Of a DNA stretch of 63,967 bases, positions 8,357-16,160 are shown piece after piece (position 1 is the first letter of the stretch; every line of letters starts with the position of its first letter). A program made the translations under genes and the position numbers. The DNA is taken from the NCBI GenBank assembly GCA_041749755.1, contig JBGTAT010000289.1:1-63967 (forward strand). The letters are read 5' to 3'. This DNA is from Terrimicrobiaceae bacterium. Its GTDB lineage: Bacteria; Verrucomicrobiota; Verrucomicrobiia; Chthoniobacterales; Terrimicrobiaceae. Below the pieces are notes generated by a model that searched no databases, was not told where the DNA came from, and was given only the letters and a program-made list of their open reading frames with translations.

Positions 8357-9673
8357 ATGTTTACGCTACTCGCATCCGGGGCCGGTGCGGTTGAAGAGGT
8401 CAACCCCTGGATGATTCTCCCGTTTGCGGCGCTTCTTCTGCTGATCGCCATTGGTCCGCTGCTACTTGGCGACTGGTGGCACCACCACTACCCGAAAGTT
8501 GCCGTCGGCCTCGGCGCGATCACGTTCGGCTACTATTTTTTCGGCCTCCACCATCCGGGGCGCTACCAGATTGTCGCCCACGAATACGTCAGTTTTCTGG
8601 TGCTGATCGGGTCATTGTTTGTCGCCGCCGGCGGAATCCACATCAACGTGAAGGGGGAGGCGCGGCCGGTGGAAAATGTCCTCTTTCTGCTTTTGGGTGC
8701 GGTGATCGCAAACGTCATCGGGACGACCGGAGCGTCGATGCTGCTGATTCGGCCCTGGATCCGGATGAACCGGTACCGGATCACCACCTTCCACATCGTC
8801 ATCTTCATCTTCATCGTGAGCAACGTCTCCGGGTGCCTCACCCCAATCGGAGATCCTCCGCTTTTTCTCGGCTATCTGAAGGGGGTCCCTTTCTGGTGGA
8901 CGCTCGAGCATGCCTGGCCGGCCTGGCTGATCGTCGTCGGATGCCTCCTGGGCATTTTTTTCGTGGCGGACAGCATCAACATCCGAAAGGCCCCGCGAGA
9001 GGTCATGGAAAAGCAGACGGCCCGGGAGGAGTGGAAATTTGACGGCCTGCAGAACCTGGTGTTTATCGCGGTCATCCTGGCGGCCGTGCTCTACAACGGA
9101 TCCCTGCCGTTTCTTGTGCCCGAGCTGATCATGGTTCTTGCGGCGGCGGGGTCATACTTCCTGACCGCGCGCGACGTGCACGCGGCCAATGACTTCACGT
9201 TCGCCCCGATCAAGGAAGTTGCATGGTTGTTCCTCGGGATTTTTGCGACGATGGTCCCCGCGCTCGACTTCCTGGGGAAACACGCCGCCGACATCGGGAT
9301 CACGTCGCCGATGCAATTTTATTTTGCGACCGGGCTCCTCTCGTCGTTCTTGGATAACGCGCCGACGTATCTGACGTTCCTCACCGCCCAGATGGGGCTG
9401 CATCACATGGACATCGACAGCCGGGCGGATGTTTTGAAGGTCGTGACCGGTTTCCCGCGCGAGATCCTGGCGATTTCCCTCGGGGCAGTGTTTTTCGGGG
9501 CGATGACATATATCGGGAACGGACCGAACCTGATGGTGAAATCGATCGCCGATCACGCGAGAGTCCATACCCCGACATTTTTCGGATACATCTTCCGGTT
9601 TGCGATCCCGATCCTCCTGCCGATCCTGGTACTGATCAGCATCCTCTTCTTTTCTCCGTGGAGGGTTTTTTGA
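8357..9673 (+). CDS. ArsB/NhaD-superfamily permease (usually annotated sodium:proton antiporter)
   Basis: 438 aa, about 11-12 hydrophobic segments, with family-typical N-terminus (NPWMILPFAALLLLIAIGPLL) and internal repeat architecture. Confidence 0.7.
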   Translation: MFTLLASGAGAVEEVNPWMILPFAALLLLIAIGPLLLGDWWHHHYPKVAVGLGAITFGYYFFGLHHPGRYQIVAHEYVSFLVLIGSLFVAAGGIHINVKGEARPVENVLFLLLGAVIANVIGTTGASMLLIRPWIRMNRYRITTFHIVIFIFIVSNVSGCLTPIGDPPLFLGYLKGVPFWWTLEHAWPAWLIVVGCLLGIFFVADSINIRKAPREVMEKQTAREEWKFDGLQNLVFIAVILAAVLYNGSLPFLVPELIMVLAAAGSYFLTARDVHAANDFTFAPIKEVAWLFLGIFATMVPALDFLGKHAADIGITSPMQFYFATGLLSSFLDNAPTYLTFLTAQMGLHHMDIDSRADVLKVVTGFPREILAISLGAVFFGAMTYIGNGPNLMVKSIADHARVHTPTFFGYIFRFAIPILLPILVLISILFFSPWRVF

Positions 9674-9674
9674 G

Positions 9675-10754
9675 ATGCCAACAATTTACAAGAAACCGAC
9701 GGTTCCGGTTCAGCCCGGTCTGAGGGAATATCTCGGGCGTTACAACCGGGAGCTTCCGCTGCCGCTGTCGTACTCGGACCTCTTTTATTTCACGGTGAGC
9801 GGCCCGCTGCTTGATAAGAGCGGGAGGGATACCCTCTGGCAGACGGTTGGCTATCATTCCTTCGAGATGCCGAGGATCTTCGGGGCGCTGAAGGAAATCT
9901 ACGCCCTGCTCAAAAGCGGGGGCGACCGCTCGGCCCTCGAGCACCTCTATGTGGATCGCGTTGATTACTGCTCATTCGGCAACACCCAGCCGTTCCGGAT
10001 CCGCATCGTCAATTCGTACAACGACAACCAGGATTACTTTTACATCAAGAAGGCCGACGCCTCGCGGATCTACGGGCTGGAGCTCGAGCATCTTCTCTCT
10101 CCCTACCGGATGCACTACCTGACCTGTGGCGCGACTCTTGTGGAGGAGCATGTCGCCGGAATCCCGGGCGACCTCTTCATCAAAGACTGGCTTTACAATC
10201 CTCAGGTCAAAATCATCCGCCTGGCGAAGGAGCTTGTGAAGTTCAACGAGCGGAGCTTTGTGCGGCTGCTCGGCGACATGCGCGCGTGCAACTTCGTGAT
10301 GGATATGACCCCGGATGTCGAGGAGGTGCAGATCCGGATCCGGGCGATGGACTTTGACCAGCAGAGCCACAACGAGCGCAAGCGGTTCTACCTTCCCCAG
10401 TTTTTTAAGGACAACCGACCGCTTGTTTTGTACTGCATGAAACATCTGAACCCGCAGACGGCGATGCAGTACCAGAGGGAGGAGCAGGCGCTGATTGTGC
10501 GCCGGATGCAGACGATTCACGACCGTCTCGGCCTCCTCCTCGAGCGCATGGTTCGCGATGATCTGGCGCCGGAGCGGAACGTCCACCACCTCCGCGCCGA
10601 GCTGGCCGACCATTACAAAGACTCGAGATTTGATTCTTGCACGACCATGGGCGAGCTCGTGCGCGCGAGCTTGGAATCGTTAATCGACCGCTATGGGCAT
10701 CCCGAGACGCTGCGCCTGCGCCCGGTGGAATTCGGGTCCGACCTTTTTGTATGA
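9675..10754 (+). CDS. uncharacterised protein with protein-kinase-like motif pattern
   Basis: Ordered motifs are YFYIKK (beta3 Lys), LELEH, hinge-like EEHVAGIPG, GDMRACNF (D-x4-N catalytic-loop spacing) and MDFDQ (DFG-like). Starts 2 nt after the upstream stop; its stop overlaps the next ATG. Confidence 0.55.
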   Translation: MPTIYKKPTVPVQPGLREYLGRYNRELPLPLSYSDLFYFTVSGPLLDKSGRDTLWQTVGYHSFEMPRIFGALKEIYALLKSGGDRSALEHLYVDRVDYCSFGNTQPFRIRIVNSYNDNQDYFYIKKADASRIYGLELEHLLSPYRMHYLTCGATLVEEHVAGIPGDLFIKDWLYNPQVKIIRLAKELVKFNERSFVRLLGDMRACNFVMDMTPDVEEVQIRIRAMDFDQQSHNERKRFYLPQFFKDNRPLVLYCMKHLNPQTAMQYQREEQALIVRRMQTIHDRLGLLLERMVRDDLAPERNVHHLRAELADHYKDSRFDSCTTMGELVRASLESLIDRYGHPETLRLRPVEFGSDLFV

Positions 10755-11665
10755 TCCATATCCTGGCCCCGGTGATCCTGCTCGTCGGACTGGGATTTTT
10801 TTTGGCTCGTCTGAGATTTCTCGGGCGCGGATTCATGGACGACCTCAACAAGCTGGTTTTCTGGATCACCCTTCCTGCACTGCTTTTTCGGTCGGTCGTG
10901 CATGCGGATCGTCCCGGTCCTGCGACGTTTTCGCTTGTCGCGCTTCTTGTGTGTGCCACGCTGGCGGCGGCGCTCGGCGGGTGGGTTTTTGCCCGGCTGA
11001 TCCAGTTGCCCCGGTCGAGCTGGGGGACGTTTTCCCAGTCCTGCTTTCGCGGGAATCTCGCCTACATTGGAATCCCGGTTTTAGCCTACGCGTTTGAGGG
11101 AAGCGACCCCTCAAATTTCTCGACGGCGGTCATTGTGATGGCCTTCCTGATGGCCGTTTTTAATATCCTCGCCGTCCTCGTCCTCCAGTCCGGCCACAGC
11201 TCGGGCGGATCCTGGCGATTGATGCTGCGGTCGATTTTTACGAACCCGCTTCTTCTGGCAGGCCTGTCAGGCATTCCGTTCGCTTACCTTCACATCACGC
11301 TTCCCCTTTTTTTGGATCGGACCTTGGAAGCTTTAGGCGGGGCTGCGGTTCCGATCGCCCTGCTTTGTATTGGCGGATCATTGGCTCATGCCCGGCGGTT
11401 TGAGAGAATCGGTGCCATATTTGGCGCGGCTCTGATCAAGACCTTTTGCGTACCCCTTTTCGTCTGGCTCGTTGCCGGGGCCTTTGGAATCTCCGGGGCC
11501 GACCTGCGGATCGCGCTGGTGCTTGCCGCGTGCCCGACCGCTGCCGCGTCCTACATCATGGCCAAACAGATGAATGGCGATGAGGTTTTAGCTGGTGGCT
11601 CCATTGTTATGAGCACATTGCTCTCCGGGCTCTCGATTCCGCTGGTTCTCCTTATCGCGCGATAG
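10751..11665 (+). CDS. AEC (auxin efflux carrier) family transporter
   Basis: MIHILAPVILLVGLGFFLARL..., about 10 TM segments typical of AEC permeases. ATG 10751 overlaps the upstream TGA (ATGA); the ORF-track extension to 10637 is rejected. Confidence 0.8.
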   Translation: MIHILAPVILLVGLGFFLARLRFLGRGFMDDLNKLVFWITLPALLFRSVVHADRPGPATFSLVALLVCATLAAALGGWVFARLIQLPRSSWGTFSQSCFRGNLAYIGIPVLAYAFEGSDPSNFSTAVIVMAFLMAVFNILAVLVLQSGHSSGGSWRLMLRSIFTNPLLLAGLSGIPFAYLHITLPLFLDRTLEALGGAAVPIALLCIGGSLAHARRFERIGAIFGAALIKTFCVPLFVWLVAGAFGISGADLRIALVLAACPTAAASYIMAKQMNGDEVLAGGSIVMSTLLSGLSIPLVLLIAR

Positions 11666-11834
11666 GAATTGCGCACGGGTTGTGAGCAACTTGTGAGCGG
11701 ACCCGGGATTTTTCGAAGAACTCCCCCAAATGCCGTTCTTATTGGTGTCCTGAACGTCGGTTTTCAAATTTGTTCACCGCGACAATTCCTTGTGGAACAC
11801 CGACGGGAAGCGCGAGGAACAGCATTTTCAATGT

Positions 11835-11903
11835 TTGTTCACATCGTTAATATGAAGAGAGGGTCTGTCTAAAAATTCTCTTTCTTAATCTAGATGTGAA
11901 CAA
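11835..11903. repeat. inverted repeat (11-bp perfect arms) abutting the pyrF stop in a low-GC convergent intergenic region
   Basis: TTGTTCACATC (11835-11845) and GATGTGAACAA (11893-11903), with further imperfect pairing inside. No U-tract, so not called a canonical terminator. Confidence 0.6.
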
Positions 11904-11904
11904 G

Positions 11905-12609
11905 TCAGCTGGCAGCCTCAATTTCCTCTGCAATTTTCAGGAAGGCTTCCTTCGGCTTTGCTGCGGACGTGATCGGGCGTCCGATGACCAGGTAGTCCGC
12001 GCCGCAGCGAATGGCTTCGCCAGGTGTCATGACGCGCCGCTGATCGCCGACATCGCTTCCAGCTGGACGGACTCCGGGAGTGACGATGATGAGACCGTGG
12101 CCAAACTCTTCGCGGAGCACTGTGATCTCATGCGGGCTGGCAACGACCCCACGGAGGCCGCAGTTTGCCCCCATGTCTGCCAGATGAAGGACCTGGTCTC
12201 CTGCAGGCCTGGGAATCCCGACGATGTCGAGGGTTTCATCATCCATGCTGGTGAGCACGGTGACGCCAAGGACCAGTGTTCCTGATCCTTCTGCTGCGCG
12301 GACCGACTCCGATACCATGGCCGGCCCGCCGACAAGATGGATGGTCGTCATGGCAACCTTCAGATCGACGGCCGAGCGAACCGCTTCTTTCGCTGTATTC
12401 GGAATGTCGTGGAATTTCAGGTCGAGGAAAACTTTTGCGCCAGCTTCTTGGATTTCGCTGACGATCGAGGGCCCGATCGCCGTGAAGAGCTGCAGGCCAA
12501 TTTTGAAGATGCAACCCTCTTCGAGCAGCGGTTCGATGAGCGAGAGGGCGGAAGTTTTATCGGGGGCGTCGATGGCGACGATGATTTTTTCTTTGGCGGG
12601 AACGGTCAT
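11905..12609 (-). CDS. pyrF: orotidine 5'-phosphate decarboxylase
   Basis: KIIVAID and FLDLKFHDIPNT motifs. Start set at ATG 12609 (MTVPAKEKIIVAID). Confidence 0.92.
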   Translation of the reverse strand: MTVPAKEKIIVAIDAPDKTSALSLIEPLLEEGCIFKIGLQLFTAIGPSIVSEIQEAGAKVFLDLKFHDIPNTAKEAVRSAVDLKVAMTTIHLVGGPAMVSESVRAAEGSGTLVLGVTVLTSMDDETLDIVGIPRPAGDQVLHLADMGANCGLRGVVASPHEITVLREEFGHGLIIVTPGVRPAGSDVGDQRRVMTPGEAIRCGADYLVIGRPITSAAKPKEAFLKIAEEIEAAS

Positions 12610-12629
12610 TGTCAGATGATGTTGGTTCC

Positions 12630-13442
12630 ATGACAATTCAGGCTCACGCTAAAGTCAACCTCGTGCTCCGCGTTCTCGGGAAGCGGGACGACGGATTCCA
12701 TGAGATCGAGACCCTCATGGCACCGATTTCCTTATGCGATGAGCTGCAGATTACTGTGGCAGAGGGAGGCGGCGTGCAAATCGACTGCGACGAGCCGGGG
12801 GTTCCGACTGGTCCTGAAAATTTGATTGCTCAGGCAGCGGAGGTGTTTTTCGACGCTATTGGAAGGAAAATATATTTGCATGTTGTTCTGCGAAAACGAA
12901 TTCCACATGGCGCTGGCCTCGGTGGAGGGAGTAGCGATGCCGCGGCAGCTCTCCGTGCCCTCAATGCCCTCTGCGGAACAGGTCTTTCGAATGATGAACT
13001 GATCATCCTGGCAGCCCGGATTGGATCGGATGTCCCGTTCTTTATTCCTCAGACCGCCGCGTGGTGCCGCGGACGTGGGGAACGCATGCAGCCGGCCAAG
13101 CCCTTAGATCCACTTCAACTCCTGCTGATTAAACCGCCGTTTCCGGTCTCAACGGCCGAGGCCTACAAAGGTTGGACATCAAATGTCCAACCAGTCGAAT
13201 CTTTACTGCGTGGGATTCCGTTGCGAAATGACCTGGAAGAACCGGTCTTTAAAAGGCACCTTTTGCTCCCCGTGATGAAATCCTGGCTCCTCGAGCAACC
13301 GGAAGTGGAAACTGCGCTTATGACCGGATCGGGATCGACCCTATTTGCGGTGCTTCGCACACCGGCAACCGACCTCCCGCAGCGGATTCGTGAAGAGTTT
13401 GGAGAAACAATCTGGACCCATCCCTGCGAGACTTTGGGATAA
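12630..13442 (+). CDS. ispE: 4-(cytidine 5'-diphospho)-2-C-methyl-D-erythritol kinase
   Basis: N-terminal AHAKVNLVLRVLGKRDDGFH and GHMP-kinase loop PHGAGLGGGSSDAAAAL. ATG 12630 preferred over TTG 12609. Confidence 0.9.
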   Translation: MTIQAHAKVNLVLRVLGKRDDGFHEIETLMAPISLCDELQITVAEGGGVQIDCDEPGVPTGPENLIAQAAEVFFDAIGRKIYLHVVLRKRIPHGAGLGGGSSDAAAALRALNALCGTGLSNDELIILAARIGSDVPFFIPQTAAWCRGRGERMQPAKPLDPLQLLLIKPPFPVSTAEAYKGWTSNVQPVESLLRGIPLRNDLEEPVFKRHLLLPVMKSWLLEQPEVETALMTGSGSTLFAVLRTPATDLPQRIREEFGETIWTHPCETLG

Positions 13443-13463
13443 ACCGGACAGGATCTACCCCGC

Positions 13464-14234
13464 CTACGGACGCTTCTCGATCAAGGCGTAGGCGTTGTGG
13501 TTATGGATGGATTCGAAGTTCTCGGCCTCGACCCGGTACCAGAGAATATTTCCGTCACTCTCGCATCGGACAGCGACATTCCGCACAAGATCCTCAACAA
13601 AGACCGGGTTTTCGTAAGCACGTTCTGTGACCGCTTTTTCATCCGGCCGCTTCAGGAGACTGAAGAGCTCACTGCTGGCACAATCTTCCACCAGGCGAAT
13701 CATATCTTCGATCCACATCGGCTTCCCGCATCTCACCGCCAAGGTGACGTGGCCGCGTTGGTTGTGCGCCCCCGCCTTGCTGATCGCTTTTGAACACGGA
13801 CAGAGGGTCGTCACAGGAACCACGACCACCACCACAAAATCCATTTTTCCCTTCTCCAGCGTGGCCTGAAAGGTCGCTGCGTAATCGATCAAGCCAGCCG
13901 CTTGGGTCACGGGGGCCTTTTTTTCCAAGAAAAACGGGAAGGCAAATTCCAGGTGCGCACAGTCGCTTTCGAGACGCTTGGTGAGTTGCTCGAGAATATC
14001 CCGGATATTGTCAACGTGGATGACCGGACCGTGCGAGCTGAGAACCTCGATAAAACGGCTCATGTGGGTCCCCTTAAAATGGTGCGGGAGATCCACGGTC
14101 AGCTGCACGGTCGCAACCGTGCTCTGAACGGCATGATCCTTGTCCCGTACTTGGACCGGATACCGGAGCGCTTTGACCCCCACCCGGTCGATCGCCATCT
14201 GGCGATTGTCCGGCTCGTTTTGTGTGTCCTTCAT
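13464..14234 (-). CDS. folE2: GTP cyclohydrolase FolE2 (type IB)
   Basis: Family-typical IDRVGVKALRYPV...HMSRF...TLCPCSK...AHNQRGH. Start uncertain: ATG 14234 (MKDTQ) preferred over GTG 14291, which sits inside a palindrome. Confidence 0.85.
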   Translation of the reverse strand: MKDTQNEPDNRQMAIDRVGVKALRYPVQVRDKDHAVQSTVATVQLTVDLPHHFKGTHMSRFIEVLSSHGPVIHVDNIRDILEQLTKRLESDCAHLEFAFPFFLEKKAPVTQAAGLIDYAATFQATLEKGKMDFVVVVVVPVTTLCPCSKAISKAGAHNQRGHVTLAVRCGKPMWIEDMIRLVEDCASSELFSLLKRPDEKAVTERAYENPVFVEDLVRNVAVRCESDGNILWYRVEAENFESIHNHNAYALIEKRP

Positions 14235-14284
14235 CCCCCGACTATACGTGCTGTTCTGCTCTGTGGAATTCAAAAAGTCGTGTT

Positions 14285-14298
14285 GTTCCACGTGGAAC
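14285..14298. promoter_or_regulatory. perfect 14-bp palindrome GTTCCACGTGGAAC (candidate operator, site 1)
   Basis: Read directly from the sequence. Lies about 50 bp upstream of the preferred folE2 start. Confidence 0.5.
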
Positions 14299-14382
14299 GG
14301 ACACCCCCCGCATGTTGCTCACGGCACAGCCAGAGATTTCCCTCCGCCAAACCCGGAGACGCCAGTTCTGGATGGGGAAATA

Positions 14383-14400
14383 TTGTTCCACGTGGAACAA
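14383..14400. promoter_or_regulatory. perfect 18-bp palindrome TTGTTCCACGTGGAACAA (candidate operator, site 2)
   Basis: Same 14-bp core as site 1, centre-to-centre distance exactly 100 bp. Lies about 60 bp upstream of the PEP-CTERM gene ATG (14460). Confidence 0.5.
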
Positions 14401-14459
14401 AGGCGCTGCAAAAGATAAATATTGCGTTCTAAAAGCCGCCGTCTATAAGGCGTATTGTT

Positions 14460-15230
14460 ATGAAAAACACACTTAAAACAATCGGGTCTATGCTGGTGTT
14501 CTGTTCAACGTGGGCCGGGGCAACCCCGCTCGTTCAGGAGCCATTCGGTTTGGATGGGGCGCTGGTGGGGACGGCTCCTGGCACAGGTGGGGCCTGGCAA
14601 AGTTTGTCGGGGACGGCGGGAACGCTCCTTGTTTCGGGCGGACGTCTCCAAATTCAGGATGACAACACGGAGGATGCGGAGTCGGACTTTTCGTTGGCCC
14701 AACTCGGGGATGTTTATGTCGGATTTACCCTGAACATGTCGGCTGCTGATTTGCCATCGGTGGGGGGAGACTACTTTGCTTCGTTTCGGGAGGGAACCGG
14801 GAACGACGGGCGGATCTTTTCCTATCGGCCGGCAGGAACGGCGGTTGGCAAATTTCGGCTGGGACTCTCGAATGGGGAGGCCACCGCTACGGTGGGTTGG
14901 GCGGAGGATTTAGAGACGGGAGTCGATTACCGGGTGGTTGCCAAGTTCACCCAGAACGGGGCGAATGACTTCATGACGCTCTGGATCGGGCCGACCAGCG
15001 AGGGCAGCCCATCGATTTCGACAACCGGCACGGCCCTGAGCGCCAGTCTTTCGGCCTTTGCCTTCCGTCAGACCAGCGTCACCGGAGATATGAGCATCGA
15101 CAACCTGATCGTCGCGACGACCTTTGCGGAGGCGATTCCGGAGCCGTCCACCGTCCTGCTCAGCTGCCTGGGCTGCCTGCTGGCAGCGTGGGCTGTGCGC
15201 CGCCGGGCGAAATCAGACGTCAACCGATGA
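14460..15230 (+). CDS. PEP-CTERM sorting domain-containing secreted protein
   Basis: N-terminal signal peptide. C-terminal IPEPSTVLLSCLGCLLAAWAVRRRAK gives the PEP motif, a TM helix and a basic tail. Confidence 0.9.
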   Translation: MKNTLKTIGSMLVFCSTWAGATPLVQEPFGLDGALVGTAPGTGGAWQSLSGTAGTLLVSGGRLQIQDDNTEDAESDFSLAQLGDVYVGFTLNMSAADLPSVGGDYFASFREGTGNDGRIFSYRPAGTAVGKFRLGLSNGEATATVGWAEDLETGVDYRVVAKFTQNGANDFMTLWIGPTSEGSPSISTTGTALSASLSAFAFRQTSVTGDMSIDNLIVATTFAEAIPEPSTVLLSCLGCLLAAWAVRRRAKSDVNR

Positions 15231-16157
15231 GTTTTTGCGCCGAATCAGGGCGTGGAGCTCGTTGTGGTATCGGAGTTGGGTTTCCAAAATGAGGGCGACG
15301 CAGAGAAACAGGGCAGACAAAATTCCCAAACCGGTCGCGAGGAGTGCGAGCGGAACGTGATAGACATAGCGGAAGCACCAGTAGTCTATGATTGCGGGTA
15401 TCCCCGCGATGAAGCTCAAGAGAGCCAAGGTCAAGGAGCTAATCCCGAAGAAGAGCCCCGGACGGTAGTCGCGGCAGATCGCGGCAAATGCGGTCAGGAC
15501 GAGGAGTCCATCCCGGTAGGTGTTCAGCTTAGAGTGACTGCCTTCCGGGCGCGCTCCGTAAGGGACATCCATTTCGCCAACTTTGTACTTTTTGGAAAGC
15601 GCTTGAAGGGTCATCTCGACTTCAATTTGAAATCCTGCGGAATGAAGTGGGACGGTCTTGACGAAGTTCCGGCTAAAAACCCGGTATCCACTGAAGACGT
15701 CTTCGATCGGACTTCCGAAAGCGGTTCGGATCAGCCAGCAGACGAGGCGGTTCCCCCACTGATGAAGCGGACGATAGGCGGCGTGGAGTTCGGATTCCGG
15801 GGTGCAGCGTTTTCCAGAGAACATGTCTGCGCTGGACGCAATGGCCCGGCGAAGGAGTTCCGGGGCGGCAGAAGCAGGGTAGGTGGCATCGCCATCAACC
15901 ATTATATACCATTCAGCATCAATGGTTTCAAACATATGTTGAACCACATTTCCCTTGCCTGGTTCCGGCGAAAAGACAACATGAGCACCTGCGCGCTCGG
16001 CCTCGGCCGTCGTTTTATCGGTGCTGGCATTATCGAAGACAAAGATCTGGGCGCTGGGGAGGGCTTCCCGGAAGTCAGCCACGACGCGGGCCACTGTGAG
16101 CTCCTCGTTGAAGCACGGAATGAGCACGGCGACTTTTGGGGAGGGTTCAGTAGGCAC
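15213..16157 (-). CDS. family 2 glycosyltransferase, polyprenyl-phosphate glycosyltransferase type (GtrB/ArnC/DPM1-like)
   Basis: VAVLIPCFNEE...VFDNASTD...MVDGDATY GT-A motifs plus two C-terminal TM helices. Its 3' end overlaps the convergent PEP-CTERM gene by 18 bp. Confidence 0.8.
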   Translation of the reverse strand: MPTEPSPKVAVLIPCFNEELTVARVVADFREALPSAQIFVFDNASTDKTTAEAERAGAHVVFSPEPGKGNVVQHMFETIDAEWYIMVDGDATYPASAAPELLRRAIASSADMFSGKRCTPESELHAAYRPLHQWGNRLVCWLIRTAFGSPIEDVFSGYRVFSRNFVKTVPLHSAGFQIEVEMTLQALSKKYKVGEMDVPYGARPEGSHSKLNTYRDGLLVLTAFAAICRDYRPGLFFGISSLTLALLSFIAGIPAIIDYWCFRYVYHVPLALLATGLGILSALFLCVALILETQLRYHNELHALIRRKNSSVDV

Positions 16158-16160
16158 GGG

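Noticed and set aside
14291-14291. GTG at 14291 as the folE2 start, as in the ORF track.
   Set aside because: It lies inside the palindromic candidate operator and adds 19 non-conserved-looking residues. ATG 14234 is preferred but not proven.
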